Shown: one piece after another, positions 1 to 10,612 of the stretch
Layout: the number at the start of each line of letters is the position of its first letter
Numbering within the stretch: the first letter of the stretch is position 1
Origin: Paraspadella gotoi
Lineage: Eukaryota; Animalia; Chaetognatha
Direction: 5' to 3'
Assembly (NCBI GenBank): GCA_051294375.1
Contig: CM119270.1
Span: 1,328,484 to 1,392,483 of the forward strand
DNA: 64,000 bases
The notes under the pieces: model-generated
Databases searched by the model: none
Told to the model about the DNA's origin: nothing
What the model saw: the letters and a program-made list of their open reading frames with translations, nothing else
Program-made: the position numbers and the translations under genes

Positions 1-407
1 CTACAGCAAACAAAACTGTAATAATATTAAATTAATATTCAATTCTGGACTTTAAATGTTTATTAAACATCATTCGATTCCTAATTAAACAATTAAAAAT
101 TAGCAAGGTACAGGATCTTCTCTTCTTTTTATAATTTATATTACTCAAAGAGTTTTAATTTTCATCCAAATTAAACAGAACTAGCAAGACTATATCTTTT
201 ATTTCTCATGTGCTTTCGTTTTCGATAAATTGGTACGATCGCTGCAAATTCCTGTCTAAGCTTCTTAGTTTTTAAAATTCTCATTAACAAGTCCGGTCCC
301 AGCGCGTTCAAAAGGTAATCCGCCAAAAAACGACGAAAAAATAGCGGCTTCCGAGGGATCACTTCGCTGCTAAACGATCGAAAAGTGAGCCACATAAAGA
401 TTTGAGA

Positions 408-906
408 CTACATAGTATAAATCATTATTCCGCCGGAATCGCGACCGGTAGAAAGCCGCAAATCCCGTTCCGGACAATAGAAACGAAAAACTACGGAGCT
501 GAACAGTGGAACACCTGGAAAAAAAAGGGATATAAGAGTGAGGAAATATATCTTATTTTACCGCGATTTTGAAAGTTCGTTATTGTGTTTTTCCTTCTTA
601 TGAGCGGCGTATAGCTGTAATTATAAGTATAAAAAAAATTTTCACTATATCTGCGAAAACAGTATCCGCCGCGGATGAAAACGGCTGGTCAACTTCCTGG
701 TTCGTTTAGCACTTCGCTGCACGCACCGTGAGATTCGACGCTCACCGCCGAACGTGAACACTGCAAGAAAGTTGACCTGCTTCAGAGTTACGATCGATCC
801 GGCGATCCGATCGAAGCCACCTCCGCGTACCGATCTTGCACCTTCGAGGCGACATTGCCCGCCCATTGCGAGGCCTCTGCCGCCACGTGGCATGCGACGC
901 GACTTC
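408..906 (-). CDS. Candidate two-exon 3' end of an unidentified gene (exons 906-746 and 514-408); duplicate at +10612
   Basis: Minus-strand acceptor gtttttcAG before 906, donor GTGAG after 746, and acceptor ttttttccAG before 514. The phase-1 join reads ...RIAGSIVTLKQVNFLAVFTFG-G-VPLFSSVVFRFYCPERDLRLSTGRDSGGIMIYTM*. A second frame is also open and no family is recognised. Confidence 0.2.
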
Positions 907-1974
907 CTGAAAAACTCGAAATGTCGAGTCGCGCTGAGATATATCCCTTGCGTTAGCGCGTAGGACTTCGTTACGAAGAGGTTTACAGGTTCAGATCTAT
1001 TCAATTACTAACCAAAGGGAGATAGCATATGCAGTATTGGTTTGAGTATGAGTATGATATCTCAATATCAACGAAGAACTCGCTTTCAAATTACATTTTG
1101 TACTGGAGTTACAGGACTGCCTCTCCGAGTGTCTTGAATGCATGTATAGAATCTCCTAAGCAATATATTTAACTCATTGGGAATGTATTTACTTGTCTTG
1201 ACATAATATAAATTAGCAAAATATAACCAAGTGCTGTGGCTTTTCGAAACATGGAAATAACAACGTAAAAGAAAGCTCACTGCGGCCAACACACATTAAC
1301 AATCTCCGTTCTGTTTTAGTCTTATAACTCTATAATTCACTTTGTCGTCCATCGGCGCCCCTAATCTTGTCGGGCATTCACTTATATGTCAGAACATCAA
1401 AATATGATTAATTATGCAAAAAAAAAATCCTATCTGTCATCTGTTTTGTCGCGTCCAACGTTAGCAAAAAACAAACCAATTTATTGTGAGATTGATGATT
1501 GGAATGAAATTTTGTGTGTGGGTAGGGAAGTTGTGATTGAGCTGGATATGATTTCGATAAGATCGTCCAAGTGGGAAATGAGTTTAAATAACATCAAAAA
1601 ATATTACTATTTGAACCAATTACTCATACTTCAAATATCATAGTGAGATGGGGCGATTGATTTGAAATTGTGTATGCGAGTAGAAACGGTGCATGATTTA
1701 AGCCTGGAAATCTCTTTTCGATGACATTTGAGTGAAATAGATTTAAATGGAAAAAAAACAAAAAACTGCTTTCACTAATTGGATATGCCTCTTTTATATA
1801 TTAAAAGTAAATTGCAAGATGTATAATTAATCAAAAATTAATCATTAATCATAGTCATGAATTAATCAGCAGGGGCGGTAATCAAGCCAGTCCACTACAA
1901 TCAAAACAACATTTTGATCAAATAATAAATTTACGATTGAATGAATAATTAATTATTACCGATTTACCGATTAA

Positions 1975-2006
1975 TGTTGTGGGCAGATCCAACATTGTTT
2001 GCTCAG
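1975..2006 (-). repeat. Short dispersed repeat (TGAGCAAACAATGTYGRATCTGC), also at ~12587-12618 (-), ~36487-36515 (+), ~39887-39940 (+)
   Basis: gggcagatccaacattgtttgctca is the near reverse complement of ttgagcaaacaatgtcggatctgcc (36488) and ttgagcaaacaatgtcgaatctgc (39888). Confidence 0.7.
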
Positions 2007-2469
2007 AAGTTGTATAAAGTATTCTTATTTTCTTCACTACTGATACTGGTGTGCCTGGTTTAAAAAGTTTAATAATTAAATCTGTAAATCATTCTGTAAG
2101 CTGTGTAACCAGCTGACTAATGGAAGTAATCATTTTAATCTTTAAAATATATTATACTCAATCATGTAATTTAAAGGAAACTCAGGAAAAAAAATTAACA
2201 ATTGATATTAAATAACACATATTAAAACTGACAATTATTGAAGTGGAGGTAAAATCAAGTCAGCGGTATTGTAGTTAAGATTGCCACCAGCCTTTCGTCG
2301 TCATTGTTGGGATCAGCCACCAGGGTTTTGATGGTTTGGGCTCAACGTCTAATCTTGTAGCAGAGATTCGCCAAGAGACAAGAGTTGCACGGATCTGTCA
2401 CGCCCATGTCCCTGGAGAAGGAGGTTTAAGACAAAGGTAACTTGGCAAACACTTGGTTATCATATAATA

Positions 2470-2587
2470 TTTACTTTATTGAATGCCCCGTGCGGCCGGT
2501 GCGCTTGTGATGAATTAAGCAGGGCGCGAAACCCCGAGTCCCTTTGGGTTGGGAGGAGCTCGTGCTACCTCGGGCGCCATTAGTGCT
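2470..2587 (-). mobile_element. tRNA-derived SINE-like element, family B (duplicate 13082-13199)
   Basis: The minus strand reads A-box-like TGGCGCCCGAGG (2579-2568), CTCCCAACCCAAAGG, B-box-like GGTTTCGCGCCC (2533-2522), a short body, then AATAAA and an A/T tail. It shares CTCCCAACCCAA..GG..CGGGGTT with family A. Confidence 0.55.
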
Positions 2588-2638
2588 ACTGATGTCTGAC
2601 TGATTAACGCGGTATAAAATACTAACAGTATTATAATA

Positions 2639-3130
2639 ATGAAAAATATATTGAATTATAATCAACTCATAAAATGGCAAAGAGAACTTCAAAACCGACT
2701 ATCACTTATAAATTTATAAACACAACTTTCTTTCCAAATTTTACTTTTAACTATCCTTCAGCTAATTCGCATGATTTATTTACTAGTTAATTGTTAAATT
2801 TCACACCAACATTGTGTTAAACTGTTATTCTTTGTATACCACTTGCAAAATGCTTCCTTTTCGCTTTATTAATTACTTACTATTTTGTCTCTCTCCCCTC
2901 TCACTCTAACAAGTTTCACTTCTTTCAACAACTCACTCAGTCTGACCTCACCTTCAAACCTTCCTCACATCTGACTCTATCCTGTCTCACCCACTTTGTG
3001 GAAAACTTTTACTGCTATCTCTCTCTCTCTTAGCAACAAATTTATTTGCAAATTGTTAAACGCTGATGAAGGCTTGAAATAACAAGCCTGAAACTGTCCG
3101 TATCTATTAAATACAGTTCGTTGTAAAAAA
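2639..3130 (+). mobile_element. 5'-truncated Penelope-like element / pLTR-type remnant (duplicate 13251-13742)
   Basis: A short terminal reading frame (MKNILNYNQLIKWQRELQNRLSLINL*, 2639-2719) is followed by ~340 nt of C/T-rich sequence, then a hammerhead core with ATTAAA just after GAAAC. This order matches known Penelope pLTRs. No RT or GIY-YIG catalytic motifs are present, so the class is inferred. Confidence 0.45.
3059..3122 (+). ncRNA. Type I hammerhead ribozyme
   Basis: Stem I AACG(3059-62)/CGTT(3119-22); core CTGATGA 3063-69; stem II AGGCTTG(3070-76)/CAAGCCT(3083-89) with loop AAATAA; GAAA 3090-93; stem III ACTGT(3093-97)/ACAGT(3113-17); cleavage triplet GUU with predicted cut after 3118. 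Confidence 0.85.
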
Positions 3131-3140
3131 TTCAGAACAC

Positions 3141-3370
3141 CTTATGTGGACTAAAATCCACCAACAACCGCTTCATGCACGGCCAATTGGTGCCAGAGGC
3201 AAGTCATTATCGCCTCCCAACCCAATAGGTCCGGGGTTCTAGCCCGGTGGATCGCGCAAGCAGTTAAGAGGGACGGCCGCTTAACCCCGCCTGTAACATG
3301 GTGTTACGCTCTGATTCCGAAGCTCAGGGACCTGCTTATATTGAACGGTTCTGTCACTAACACAATAAAA
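3141..3370 (+). mobile_element. Dispersed repeat family A with a tRNA-Gly-like segment (SINE-like); duplicate 13753-13982
   Basis: A-box-like TGGTGCCAGAGG 3188-3199, TCGCCTCCCA resembling the tRNA-Gly(CCC) anticodon arm, and B-box-like GGTTCTAGCCC 3235-3245. Diverged reverse-complement copies occur at 34689-34903 and 38951-39090. The strand given is that of the tRNA-like part. Confidence 0.75.
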
Positions 3371-4279
3371 TAATTAACTGTCCTCTCACAACTCTTGCTT
3401 CTTCTCTGCTAAATAACTAACAATTGAAAAGGAGGATTCATTAATATCAATCCACCAGTTTGCATAGATTATGAATGTCACGAAATGTTACAATACGAGA
3501 AAAAAATCCCTCATCTGCTCAATTAGAAAAATTATGTTTAATCCCTCTTTCATTGCATTTAAGATTTAGGAAACAAATTATTTTATGATCCGTATTAAAT
3601 AAAATCGTCTTTGCCAATAAAACTTTTTTCTTAAATCTTAAACCAATTTATAAGTTAGATTCAAAATATTTCTCTAACAGTAATTTTTTAAAAATATTTT
3701 TTTTATATAAATAAAACAAATTAAAATTAAAAGTGAAAACTAGGACGGCATTTAAATTTTGATTGTTTTGCAAAGAAAACTGATAAAGATTGAATTGCGA
3801 AATATAGTATTATAATGGTAAGAACTTATCTTGACACTGTTAGCTCAGAAGTAAGATTTAAGAACATTCCGTTAAATATGTAAAAGTTAACTGTCAGTAC
3901 CAATTGGATACACTATGTATGATTATAATTAATGATAGGTAAAAATATAATGTGTCTGGCTCATGACTGACAGATTCAGGCCACGTCGGATAGGATGACG
4001 GAAAGATCCGATCTTCCGAGCCCGGTGCTTCGCAAAGAGAACTGTCGAATCGAAAAAATCGGGATCATTTTGTGTTGAAACGTCTCGGGAGTACCTCTCA
4101 AACCCGCTGGACAAAATGCTTTTAAAGTGTTCCGAAGTTTTTATATCTCAACATATTAAATTTACCGAATCAAATTCTAAACCCGTTATTTCACAACTCA
4201 TTTTTAAAAATTCAACCATTCATCAATGTAGCACGATCGTAAGCTCAACTCACCTTCAATCCAAAATTTATTAACTGAT

Positions 4280-4445
4280 TTGCCGAGAGTGATGTAAAGG
4301 CTAACATGACCGTAGGTCGTAGAGGGGGTCTTTTCATGGAGTCGCCGAGAGCCAATTCTCAGAGACCGTGTCGCCGAAAGTGATGTCGCTGAGAGTCTTA
4401 GTCGCCGAGGATGTTGCTTGAGTTATTTCGCCACAAGTGATGTCC
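4280..4445. repeat. Degenerate minisatellite (GTCGCCGAGAGTGAT-like); duplicate ~14892-15057
   Basis: Recurring ttgccgagagtgatgt, gtcgccgagag, gtcgccgaaagtgatgtcgctgagagt, gtcgccgagg and tcgccacaagtgatgt. Confidence 0.6.
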
Positions 4446-6575
4446 GCACGGCGAAAGGTGAAAAAAAATTATAGACTAAAAGATATACAGGAGATAATGT
4501 TAGCAACAGAACGAAATATAAATTGAAAAATTCCAAGTAATCTTATCTTTATGCAAATAATAAATTTGGCGATACTGGATTTGAATACGCTCGAGAGCGT
4601 TTTATGTCTATAGGCAATTACTCTGGTTCGTTATAATAATTAAATATTTTTACATTTAACTGAGAGAAATGATGTCAACATTGGGTTGATGTAATAATTT
4701 CAAATCAATCGATCACGCGTTGAGAAAAATTCTACAAAAAATCGATCATTTTTAAAAAAATAAAAATTCTTAAAAACTCGCTAAATGGCATGTACTGTAT
4801 GGTTTATGTTGTTGTTTATTTCTTATTATAATACAGGCTTTATCAATAAAGGGGTAAATTACGAAAATGAGATATTTCGAACTCATATTGAGACTTATGA
4901 TATTCAATGAATATTTCTTCTTTCGGGCAACGAAATGTACCTAAACTTTGTAGCTTTCATTAAGCTAAATCGTATTTTTATAATTTTACAAGGGAGTTTG
5001 GCAAAAACAGTAAAAGAAATAAAAATGATAATAAATTTTGGAAAAAAATGAATTAATTGCTCCAATTTCTTACTAAATTGAATTATTTTTTTTCGTCTAT
5101 GTTGCTTGAAATTTAGGCTAACCCAACCAGAATCGGCAATCAATGATACGCTGTAATATTATTTGACTTATACAGTAAGTACCCGCAAAATAAAAAAATT
5201 CAAAGGAAACAGTCTAAACACCGTGTTTATTTAAGTATTTTTTAGTTAATAACCTATGGATTTTCTTTGTTCCGGCTGGCGTTGGATAGCCCAAATACTG
5301 CCGTATCAGAAATCATCCATGGTTTTGGTATATTTACTGCGCATTGTCGCAAAAACTGGAGGCACCAAAATTATCAGAAATCCGCCTGTTCTTCCGGATT
5401 CTTTCTAAAATCGCGAGCGACCATATACTCGTCCGATGGAAAACGAAGAGAAAGAGAAATAAAAGATGGAGAAGAAGTAACATTTAAAAATCTAATAAAT
5501 ACTTGATTAAATACCCATAATTATATTATATCTCATAAATATCTAATTTAAAAAATACAGCGAAGGCGGGAAGATATGTTCAAAAACAAACGAGCCCCCA
5601 AAATTCTCTCTTTCGAAACCGCGGTGTGCTCGTCGCAAGCCATGGCTTTCGGATTGGATTCGAGCAGTAGTAGTCATTAATGCTCGGTCGGTCCAATATA
5701 AAATGTAATCGAAAACAAAAGCCCTTTGTTTTCTTAGAATTTACAAAAAAACGCTTGAATTTTTTCCGTTGCGCCTCCACCAGAACAGAAAGAAACCCTC
5801 GTCTCGCCGAAGGGAAAAATAAACAGTAAAAAATACCTATCGGCTTACGTTCGAATTAAATGGCCGAAAAAGCCAGCCTTCATTGATTGTTAAATTAAAC
5901 AGAGCAAGCTTGCAAAAATATAACCAAAATTAAGATACCCGTCTTAGCCAAGACGCAATTATTCAGACATGTGTTAAGGATCAAAAAACTATCAACATAG
6001 ATTAGTAGAACGATCAAGTCTAAGATGAGAATAAAACCGGAAACAGTCCACTTTAGTCCTTTTTTCATGTCAAGATGACGACATTTTTTTCGCGCACCAT
6101 CGGCAAGGGCTCCCAAGACGCCACGCTTTCGCAAATAGCCCATTTTAATACTATTTATTACGTGCAATGCCGTCGATCGAAGCGAGACAATAAAAAAAAG
6201 CGCGAATTCTCGGAAACTGAATTCCCCCTTCATCGCGAAACTCGTGATCTTTGCTACGAATATTGAAAAGAAAGTTTTAAATAAAATCGTCGATCACCTT
6301 AATCTTTGCCCAAATGATATAGAGCAAAAAAATTAATATGGTCGAAACAGCTTCAAGTTAAGAGGGTCAAACCGTTATGTTTTCAGCTTTACCCCGTTCA
6401 CTTGAGATCCCTTAAGTCCTAGTCAGATCAAGTCATTTCGGAACATAGACAAGAAAAAGAAAAGAAAGAAAAGAAAGAAAGAATCGGTTCTTCTCATTCG
6501 TTGAAAGAGACGAATGGAAAAAGAATTCGGACGACGGACCACCCAGCGTCTCGCTCTCTCTCTCTTCTCGTCTCT

Positions 6576-6615
<40 letters not shown>

Positions 6616-6962
6616 CTCCTTTCAAAAAGTGACTCTCTTACTTTAGCGCCATTCTTTTTTAATGATTTTTTTTACTTCCTTTAAAACGAAACCAATCTAT
6701 GTTTATAGGATTTTGAAAGTGATTTCACGGTAATTCCCTTCTCCTCTTCTCCTCTCTCTCCTCTCGGGACCTCTCTCTCTCTCCCCCTCTCTCTCTTCTC
6801 TCCTCCTTCTCCTTCTCTCTCTCTCTCTCTCTCTTTCTCTCTATTCTCCCTCGGTCTCTTCTTCCCTCTTCTATATCTCTCTCTTCATTCTCTCTCTCCT
6901 CTCTCTCTCGTCTTCTCTCTCTCTCTCTCTCCTCTCTCTCTCGTCTCTATATCTTCCTCCTA

Positions 6963-6993
<31 letters not shown>

Positions 6994-7839
6994 TCCACGG
7001 CGAAGGTGANNNNNNNNNNNNNNNNNNNNNNNNNTCTAAGAATCAGATTGAATTCTAAGAAATCATGAAGACCTGTGACATCTGGAGATGACGACGATGA
7101 CGAAGACGACGAGTAAGATGAGGATGATGACGACGACAACGATGACGACGACTAAGACGACGACGATGATGACGACGACGATGATGACGACGACAGCGAC
7201 AATAACTATTAACTAGGACCATGACTCATGACAACGAGAAACTCACACCAACGAAAAAAAACTTGATTCGATTTATGATTTCTTTATATTCAGAAACATC
7301 GAGCTGCCGTGTGCCGGACCTCCCTTCGACCTACTTCCTCCTCTTTCTCCTGCTTCCTCCTCCTTCTCCTCTTCCTCCTTTTTCTTTGTCCTCCTCTTCT
7401 CTCTCATCTCTCTCTCTCTCTCTCTCTCATCCTCTCTNNNNNNNNNNNNNNNNNNNNNNNNNNNNNNNNNNNNNNNNNNNNNNNNNNNNNNNNNNNNNNN
7501 NNNNNNNNNNNNNNNNNNNNNNNNNNNNNNNNNNNNNNNNNNNNNNNNNNNNNNNNNNNNNNNNNNNNNNNNNNNNNNNNNNNNNNNNNNNNNNNNNNNN
7601 NATGTAGGAAATTTATTAGTATAAAAGGGAAAAATTAACAAATTAGGAAAACGTAAAGGAAAGATGGAAAGAGGTAAAAAAATGTTGGTTGGAAAAGTTT
7701 AGTGAATTTAAAAACAATGAAAAAAAAGATTATAAAGTAAAAAAAAAATGAAAATAAAAAAAATTAAATCAGTAAATAATTATTAAAATTACCAAAGGAC
7801 AATTATTTCAAAAAAGAAAAAAACATACAATTGTTATAA

Positions 7840-7945
7840 TGATGGAGGCCTTAAACCACCAAAGCCTGTCCAAAGTCAGGGGCAAGATAGCTTATTTATT
7901 TAATGAATGAATAATGTTAATATTGTTTGTGCCAATTTCATTTTA
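7840..7945 (+). repeat. Dispersed repeat family C fragment (also ~43935-44090 +, ~46018-46210 +, ~47480-47535 -)
   Basis: gatggaggccttaaaccaccaaagcctgtccaaag..gcaagatagcttattt is reverse-complemented at 47483-47533. The 43935 and 46018 copies share attaaaacattcttt...gagtgaataaacgagactgtga.agagtcttgattg and overlap this motif. Confidence 0.7.
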
Positions 7946-8070
7946 TAGGACATTGTCAGTTTAGTTCCTTTCTTAAGAGACAGGACAAAGAAAAACCTAA
8001 TGGAAATAATGAAGTCTCACCTTTTTATGTGCAAACGATAAAAAAGTAAAAATATCACCTGGGATTGAAT

Positions 8071-8103
<33 letters not shown>

Positions 8104-8320
8104 NNNNNNNNNNNNNNNNNNNNNNNNNNNNNNNNNNNNNNNNNNNNNNNNNNNNNNNNNNNNNNNNNNNNNNNNNNNNNNNNNNNNNNNNNNNNNNNNN
8201 NNNNNNNNNNNNNNNNNNNNNNNNNNNNNNNNNNNNNNNNNNNNNNNNNNNNNNNNNNNNNNNNNNNNNNNNNNNNNNNNNNNNNNNNNNNNNNNNNNNN
8301 NNNNNNNNNNNNNNNNNNNN

Positions 8321-8357
<37 letters not shown>

Positions 8358-8531
8358 CGCTTGGGTGGTCCCGTGCGTCCCGAATTTTTTCCATTCGTCT
8401 CTTTTCAACGAATGAGTAAGAAACCGATTCTTTCTTTCTTTCTTTCTTTTCTTTTTTCTTTCTATTTCCGAAATGACTTGAATCTGACTAGGGACTTAAG
8501 GGGACCAAGTGAACAGGGGGGGTAAAAAGCT
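8321..8531 (-). repeat. Inverted, error-rich copy of ~6385-6600, bounded by N gaps
   Basis: ttccgaaatgacttgaatctgactagggacttaaggg is the near reverse complement of cccttaagtcctagtcagatcaagtcatttcggaa at 6409-6443. Confidence 0.85.
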
Positions 8532-9421
8532 NNNNNNNNNNNNNNNNNNNNNNNNNNNNNNNNNNNNNNNNNNNNNNNNNNNNNNNNNNNNNNNNNNNNN
8601 NNNNNNNNNNNNNNNNNNNNNNNNNNNNNNNNNNNNNNNNNNNNNNNNNNNNNNNNNNNNNNNNNNNNNNNNNNNNNNNNNNNNNNNNNNNNNNNNNNNN
8701 NNNNNNNNNNNNNNNNNNNNNNNNNNNNNNNNNNNNNNNNNNNNNNNNNNNNNNNNNNNNNNNNNNNNNNNNNNNNNNNNNNNNNNNNNNNNNNNNNNNN
8801 NNNNNNNNNNNNNNNNNNNNNNNNNNNNNNNNNNNNNNNNNNNNNNNNNNNNNNNNNNNNNNNNNNNNNNNNNNNNNNNNNNNNNNNNNNNNNNNNNNNN
8901 NNNNNNNNNNNNNNNNNNNNNNNNNNNNNNNNNNNNNNNNNNNNNNNNNNNNNNNNNNNNNNNNNNNNNNNNNNNNNNNNNNNNNNNNNNNNNNNNNNNN
9001 NNNNNNNNNNNNNNNNNNNNNNNNNNNNNNNNNNNNNNNNNNNNNNNNNNNNNNNNNNNNNNNNNNNNNNNNNNNNNNNNNNNNNNNNNNNNNNNNNNNN
9101 NNNNNNNNNNNNNNNNNNNNNNNNNNNNNNNNNNNNNNNNNNNNNNNNNNNNNNNNNNNNNNNNNNNNNNNNNNNNNNNNNNNNNNNNNNNNNNNNNNNN
9201 NNNNNNNNNNNNNNNNNNNNNNNNNNNNNNNNNNNNNNNNNNNNNNNNNNNNNNNNNNNNNNNNNNNNNNNNNNNNNNNNNNNNNNNNNNNNNNNNNNNN
9301 NNNNNNNNNNNNNNNNNNNNNNNNNNNNNNNNNNNNNNNNNNNNNNNNNNNNNNNNNNNNNNNNNNNNNNNNNNNNNNNNNNNNNNNNNNNNNNNNNNNN
9401 NNNNNNNNNNNNNNNNNNNNN

Positions 9422-9993
9422 NCTTTTCTTTCTCCCCATCGGATAAACCACCCAGGTAGAGACCCTCCCAACTCCACCCGAGGTCCGGCCTCCCGCCCTG
9501 AGAGAGACAGAGACAGAGTGAAAGAGAGATAACACACCGGGAGAGAGAGAGAGGGAGATAGAGACGGTNNNNNNNNNNNNNNNNNNNNNNNNNAAACTCT
9601 CGCCCCTCTTCCCCTTCGTAAAATCCGAGGCGGGCAGGCACCCTGGTGTCTGATAAGAAGGGAGGCGCCAAACATATGGGCGAGAGAAACGGATGGGGTG
9701 AAAGCGGCAAATAAGAGGGGGAGAGAAGAGAGGAGATGAGAGAGAGAGAGGAAGAGAGAGAGAGAGAAGAGGAGAGAGAGAGATGGAGTGAGGACCTTTC
9801 ACTCTGCAAAATCTTTTCCTTTTGCTTCTGTCACTCTGCTCTCATTTAATTTCTTCCCGTCTCTATCTCCCTCTCTCTCTCTCGGGCGGTGTGTTATCTC
9901 TCTTTCCTCTGTCTCTGTTCTCTCAGGGGGGAGGCCGGACCTCGGGTGGACTTGGGAGGTCTACTGGGTGGTTATCGATGGGGGAAAGAAAAG
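9422..9993. repeat. Fold-back inverted repeat (arms ~9422-9568 and ~9860-9993)
   Basis: tccacccgaggtccggcctccc...gagataacacaccg versus cggtgtgttatctc...gggaggccggacctcgggtgga. Confidence 0.85.
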
Positions 9994-10612
9994 CAAAAAA
10001 AAAAAGAAAATAAAGAAAAATCAATTAAATTGTTTAAAAAATTAAATTAAAATCGTATACAAATGCTCAACTTATTTTTTTAAAGTGAAATGGTGATAAT
10101 TATATTCTCCAATCACTTTAGCGATTATTTCCGGTGATTATTTATATATTATTATTAATTTTATTATGTATTATTATTAGTTACTTTATTATTATCTGAT
10201 TGCTCAATGAAAAGTTTAAAGTGTTTAAGGGACCAGTGTAATAAACCAAGACTATCATATCAGCTTAAGGGTCTATCATCAAGCAGAATTTGAATGGTGA
10301 TAGCCATTGAATTTTTCTTTGCACGGGAAAATGGAAAAAATTCACTATCTTTCTAATTGTACGCGAAAAAAATTTATAATAATTATGCAAAAAAAATTTA
10401 TAGTTGACCCTACTAGACATATTTATCAATCCATTATTCTTATTTTTGAAGTCTAGAAAGTATTTTGTTACTAAATTCCAATTTTTTATTTTTCTACGTG
10501 TCACAGAACACATTTGAGTTAACGTCATTGACCAAAAGCTTTACAAGACTATATTTTTTTTTATTTTTAATATTTATTAAAAGCAGACAACATCAAGATC
10601 CTAAATTTATTC

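Larger units (their letters stand above)
1..7437 (+). repeat. Segmental direct duplication, copy A (copy B at ~10613-18015)
   Basis: The ORF track repeats with identical translations at offset 10,612 (171..395 = 10783..11007 through 6075..6266 = 16687..16878). The edges (1-170, ~6480-7437) differ by many indels. Confidence 0.95.

Noticed and set aside
3181-3250. Functional tRNA-Gly gene
   Set aside because: It has box-like motifs, but I could not form a proper acceptor stem or cloverleaf, there is no T-run terminator, and it is embedded in a dispersed repeat.
7221-9809. Long ORFs of 109-446 aa
   Set aside because: They are read-throughs of N gaps and (AG)n tracts.
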